IMG/VR virus record: IMGVR_UViG_2703719355_000001
Coordinates: 1 to 11,222 of that record
Reading direction: 5' to 3' (one strand)
DNA from: a virus
Lineage: Duplodnaviria > Heunggongvirae > Uroviricota > Caudoviricetes
DNA: 11,222 nucleotides
Shown here: positions 8,854 through 11,222 of the stretch, piece after piece
Layout: each line of letters begins with the position of its first letter
Position numbering within the stretch: the stretch's first letter is position 1
Made by a program: the position numbers and the translations under genes
The notes under the pieces: generated by a model
Databases searched by the model: none
The model's input: the letters and a program-made list of their open reading frames with translations, nothing else
Told to the model about the DNA's origin: nothing

Positions 8854-10346
8854 CCAACTCCGCAAGGTATGTTGTAGCTTGAGTAATCAATCTCTTTAGG
8901 ATCTTTGATGTCTCGCATCTGTATTGCAAAACGCCTCATCATGTAGCCATAGCGAACAGCAGAAAGGATGTCGTCATTTAGCTTGACGATCCTCCCGTTC
9001 TCATCGCGGTGATACAGGCGAAACTCTTCAAAGAATGGCTCGCAGGTGTTAAATACCTTGAAACGACCGTCGAGCATCATGTCGCGTATCTCTGCTATCC
9101 CGGGTTCGACCGCATTACCTCCATCAGGCCATGTTGCATGATCTGGCAACATGTCGAACCCAGCGTCGGCGTATTGTTCCTTGAGCTGAGCGCCGCCTCC
9201 CTTTTCGTGCTGATGCCCGTCATGAGGCCAAGCCGTAGGGGTGTTTTTGCTCCATGCTTTAACAGCACTCCATGCCTCTGTCGCCTTCTTCTGTTTGGCC
9301 TTCCAGACGCGAGAAAGATAAATCACGTCCTCGTCTTTATCCCACCAAAGCTGGATATGTGCCTGTGGGTGATCCCATCCGAAGTCCATTGCATTGATGA
9401 CGTAGAAGTGATCAGGACACTCGAACGGCTGACACTTAATCGTCTCTTCCGGTATCTGGAAGATTCGACCGCTACCCATCGTTGGAATACCGCGAGCACG
9501 CGCCTCTCTCTCATGCTCAGGATAGGATGCGATGATTTGCTCTTTCTGCTCGTCGGTGTAGTGCTCTGCGTCATAGATGGTCATGTTGACCACTTTCTGC
9601 GACTTGCTGGGATTCTTCAGGAACTTGGTAACAACGTCAGACATCCCCATCAGCGGGGTAAACGTCAGAATTGAGAATTGCCCGTATTTGTTGGTACGGG
9701 TAAGACCTTCGCCATAAATGCTGTATGGTGGCTCTTCGTCAAACCACACGCCGTGGATTGTGTCACCCTGCCAGCGAGCACGGCCCTGCGAGTATGGCTT
9801 GAAGTAGCAGATTGAAATGCCATCTTCAACGCCATCAGCCGTGTGATGCTTAACCAGAAGATGATCAACAAGGTTCGGAAAGAAAGGAGACTTCTTCCAG
9901 CTAATGATGTCTTCTTTCGGTATGGAACCGTAGCCAGGCTCATCATTCTCTTCGATACGACCGCACAGGATGCGTTGAGTCGTTTTGGTTACAGTCTCGT
10001 TTGTCTCGCCACCAATCCAGAAGACAACAGGCTCATAGAAACGCTTACCTTTCCACTCACCGCCATATTTACCATCAGCAGGATAGCCTTTTGTGCCCGG
10101 ATAACGCCCGGTAAGGTGAAACGCGACTTCAGCAGCACCAGTAAATGACTTACCAAGCTGGTTGCCAGCCATAAAACATCGCTCTGGATAGTCATGCCCG
10201 GCGTCGATGAACTCACGCTGTTTGCTGTATGGCGTAAATTCATATAGCAGGTGTGTGTTCCGGTAGTTCTCTTCTTCTTCGAGTAGCTCGAGCAACTCGA
10301 TTTGCTCTTCGTCGCTCAGGTTATCAAGAATCGCGTCCAGTTCCAC
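8850..10346 (-). CDS. 2: terminase large subunit (TerL), 498 aa
   Basis: GTG start at 10344..10346 with strong SD AAGGAG 8 nt upstream; no in-frame ATG near the N-terminus. Deviant Walker A GNQLGKS (residues 61-67, nt 10146..10166), Walker B-like VWFDEEP, and a C-terminal nuclease-type region. Overlaps the terS 3' end by 23 nt. Confidence 0.9.
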   Translation of the reverse strand: MELDAILDNLSDEEQIELLELLEEEENYRNTHLLYEFTPYSKQREFIDAGHDYPERCFMAGNQLGKSFTGAAEVAFHLTGRYPGTKGYPADGKYGGEWKGKRFYEPVVFWIGGETNETVTKTTQRILCGRIEENDEPGYGSIPKEDIISWKKSPFFPNLVDHLLVKHHTADGVEDGISICYFKPYSQGRARWQGDTIHGVWFDEEPPYSIYGEGLTRTNKYGQFSILTFTPLMGMSDVVTKFLKNPSKSQKVVNMTIYDAEHYTDEQKEQIIASYPEHEREARARGIPTMGSGRIFQIPEETIKCQPFECPDHFYVINAMDFGWDHPQAHIQLWWDKDEDVIYLSRVWKAKQKKATEAWSAVKAWSKNTPTAWPHDGHQHEKGGGAQLKEQYADAGFDMLPDHATWPDGGNAVEPGIAEIRDMMLDGRFKVFNTCEPFFEEFRLYHRDENGRIVKLNDDILSAVRYGYMMRRFAIQMRDIKDPKEIDYSSYNIPCGVG

Positions 10347-10812
10347 GGTTGAATAGCTCCTTGATACGAGAGCGTCGCTTATCGCGATCTCCCTTATCAG
10401 GTGTCACGTCTTCAACTTGCGACTGCTCTTTGAGGCCCAAATCACGGGCGATGATGTTAGCGTTGAGAAGGTCAGCGGCTGCGCCAGAGAATTTCTGGTC
10501 GTAGATGACCTGCTCTGCTCGCGTAACGACTTCAGATAAATCTTCTCGCAGGCGATATGTGCGCCATGTTTCAAGCGTCACATCAATGAACAGAGTGAGG
10601 CCTGTAATGGTCATCGCTCGCATCTTGGCGATAGGTTCTTGTATCACTTCACCCTGATACGAGAACGCCTTCATCTCCCATAGCGGGTTAGCTTCTACCC
10701 ACTCGAAGTATTCACAACAAGCAGCCCACAGCGCCTCAGGCGATTCGAATTTAGGATTTCGCCCATGACTACTGCGGGCCTCCCAAAATCGGTTGCCCTT
10801 TGGTGCTGCCAT
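10324..10812 (-). CDS. 3: terminase small subunit (TerS, P22 gp3-type), 162 aa
   Basis: ATG at 10810..10812 with SD AAGGG. Contains the 22-bp pac sequence, which encodes the REDLSEVVT segment. Length equals P22 gp3. Confidence 0.9.
   Translation of the reverse strand: MAAPKGNRFWEARSSHGRNPKFESPEALWAACCEYFEWVEANPLWEMKAFSYQGEVIQEPIAKMRAMTITGLTLFIDVTLETWRTYRLREDLSEVVTRAEQVIYDQKFSGAAADLLNANIIARDLGLKEQSQVEDVTPDKGDRDKRRSRIKELFNRGTGRDS
10524..10545 (-). promoter_or_regulatory. pac: pac site (headful packaging initiation), P22-type
   Basis: Minus-strand sequence GAAGATTTATCTGAAGTCGTTA (plus strand TAACGACTTCAGATAAATCTTC at 10524..10545) matches exactly the 22-bp P22 pac sequence as I recall it, and sits inside terS as in P22. 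Confidence 0.75.
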
Positions 10813-10817
10813 ATTGA

Positions 10818-10889
10818 TTATTTCCCTTCTGCTTGCTTATCCCATTCATCGCGGAATTTGGATGGGTTGTCGAAACCTTGAGTTGCCAT
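10818..10889 (-). CDS. possible 23-aa micro-ORF ([23 protein letters not shown]) immediately upstream of terS
   Basis: ATG at 10887..10889 with SD GGAG 7 nt upstream; stop TAA at 10818..10820, 5 nt before the terS ATG. The terS SD lies inside its 3' end. Too short to support beyond signal placement. Confidence 0.25.
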   Translation of the reverse strand: MATQGFDNPSKFRDEWDKQAEGK

Positions 10890-10891
10890 GT

Positions 10892-11134
10892 TTATGCTCC
10901 GGTGGTGAACAGGTCTAACGCTTCCTTCGATTTACGCACCGCTTCGATAGTGCGGGTCGTGATATCTGAATTAGCGCCGCCTGACTGGAAGTGAATTTTG
11001 AATAGCTCAAGCTTCAGTTCGTCAGTGCCAATGAACTAAAATGCTTCCTCTGCGGCTGCGTTCTGGTTCATGACCAGCTTGTAAATCTCTAACTGGAATT
11101 TCTGTTCTTCAGTCATGGGAATAATCTCTGCCAT
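10892..11134 (-). pseudogene. 78-codon reading frame with a good start, interrupted by a single in-frame TAG (32 aa + amber + 45 codons); candidate nonsense-disrupted late gene
   Basis: ATG at 11132..11134 with SD GGAG 6 nt upstream, 12 nt after the stop of the upstream gene. Translation: MAEIIPMTEEQKFQLEIYKLVMNQNAAAEEAF, TAG at 11036..11038, then FIGTDELKLELFKIHFQSGGANSDITTRTIEAVRKSKEALDLFTTGA, TAA at 10892..10894. The second segment has no ATG. Confidence 0.3.
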
Positions 11135-11146
11135 TGTTGGCTCCGT

Positions 11147-11222
11147 TTATCCGTTAAAAGGGATATCAGTTAAGTTATCCCGTGTAGGGTATAAGCCATT
11201 GTCGAGACCACTCATTGAATGG
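11147..11222 (-). CDS. 3' end (C-terminal about 25 codons, ...HSMSGLDNGLYPTRDNLTDIPFNG) of an upstream late-region gene entering from the right edge
   Basis: Open frame on the minus strand from the window edge to TAA at 11147..11149, 12 nt before the next SD/ATG. Identity unknown; by position possibly a lysis-cassette or accessory gene. Confidence 0.35.
   Translation of the reverse strand, partial: HSMSGLDNGLYPTRDNLTDIPFNG

Noticed and set aside
8854-8865. Portal start at the TTG (8863..8865) as given by the ORF track (738 aa)
   Set aside because: A TTG without an SD is less plausible than the ATG at 8851..8853, which has a GGAG SD and the typical ATGA overlap with the terL stop.
438-10243. 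Minus-strand ORFs nested out of frame inside larger genes (438..629, 1600..1806, 4836..5030, 5859..6197, 7365..7601, 7538..7729, 9323..9574, 9665..9946, 9989..10243)
   Set aside because: They are fully embedded in alternative frames of the ejection, needle, coat, scaffold, portal and terminase genes, and their translations are compositionally odd (Arg/Ser/Cys-rich). Likely artefacts.
1395-10504. All plus-strand ORFs in the track (for example 1395..1796, 3402..3620, 4115..4501, 4339..4617, 4577..5014, 4816..5226, 5177..5431, 5612..6010, 6064..6396, 6679..7203, 7615..8576, 9009..9674, 9843..10148, 10253..10504)
   Set aside because: Each lies antisense within a long, well-supported minus-strand structural gene, lacks a convincing SD/start context, and would break the uninterrupted co-directional operon. 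They are best explained as shadow ORFs.
10813-11146. Possibility that the terS-upstream region is a cos-type or regulatory non-coding region rather than coding
   Set aside because: P22-type phages package from pac inside terS, and a matching pac sequence is present at 10524..10545. The region upstream is better explained by small SD-preceded ORFs, one of them amber-interrupted.
1-11222. Searched for tRNA/tmRNA genes, CRISPR repeats, IS inverted repeats, attachment-site repeats, and toxin-antitoxin or restriction/anti-restriction style cargo
   Set aside because: No repeat-spacer periodicity, no tRNA-like cloverleaf candidates, no long inverted or direct repeats, and no unaccounted-for gap large enough for a cargo gene. 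The window is filled by virion morphogenesis genes, so I do not claim a novel defence or other system.

Overview
This window is a contiguous, minus-strand late (morphogenesis) operon of a P22-like temperate podovirus (Lederbergvirus-type phage or prophage). Reading 5'->3' on the minus strand (high to low coordinates) the order is: C-terminal end of an upstream gene, a 78-codon ORF interrupted by one in-frame TAG, a 23-codon micro-ORF, small terminase (carrying a 22-bp sequence that matches the P22 pac site as I recall it), large terminase, portal, scaffold, coat, an intrinsic terminator, a 62-aa ORF, gp4-like, gp10-like, gp26-like tail needle, gp14-like, gp7-like ejection protein, a 123-aa Gly/Gln-rich protein, and the first 4 codons of a further gene. 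Genes are tightly packed with Shine-Dalgarno motifs and several 1-nt stop/start overlaps. All listed plus-strand ORFs are antisense shadows of these genes. I found no tRNA, CRISPR array, IS element, integrase or recognisable defence/anti-defence cassette, so I do not see an undescribed system here. The points most worth follow-up are the amber-interrupted ORF upstream of terS, the small ORF between coat and gp4, the short protein at the gene-20 position, and apparent mosaicism between the terminase and head modules. Product names rest on synteny and remembered family features, not on any database search.
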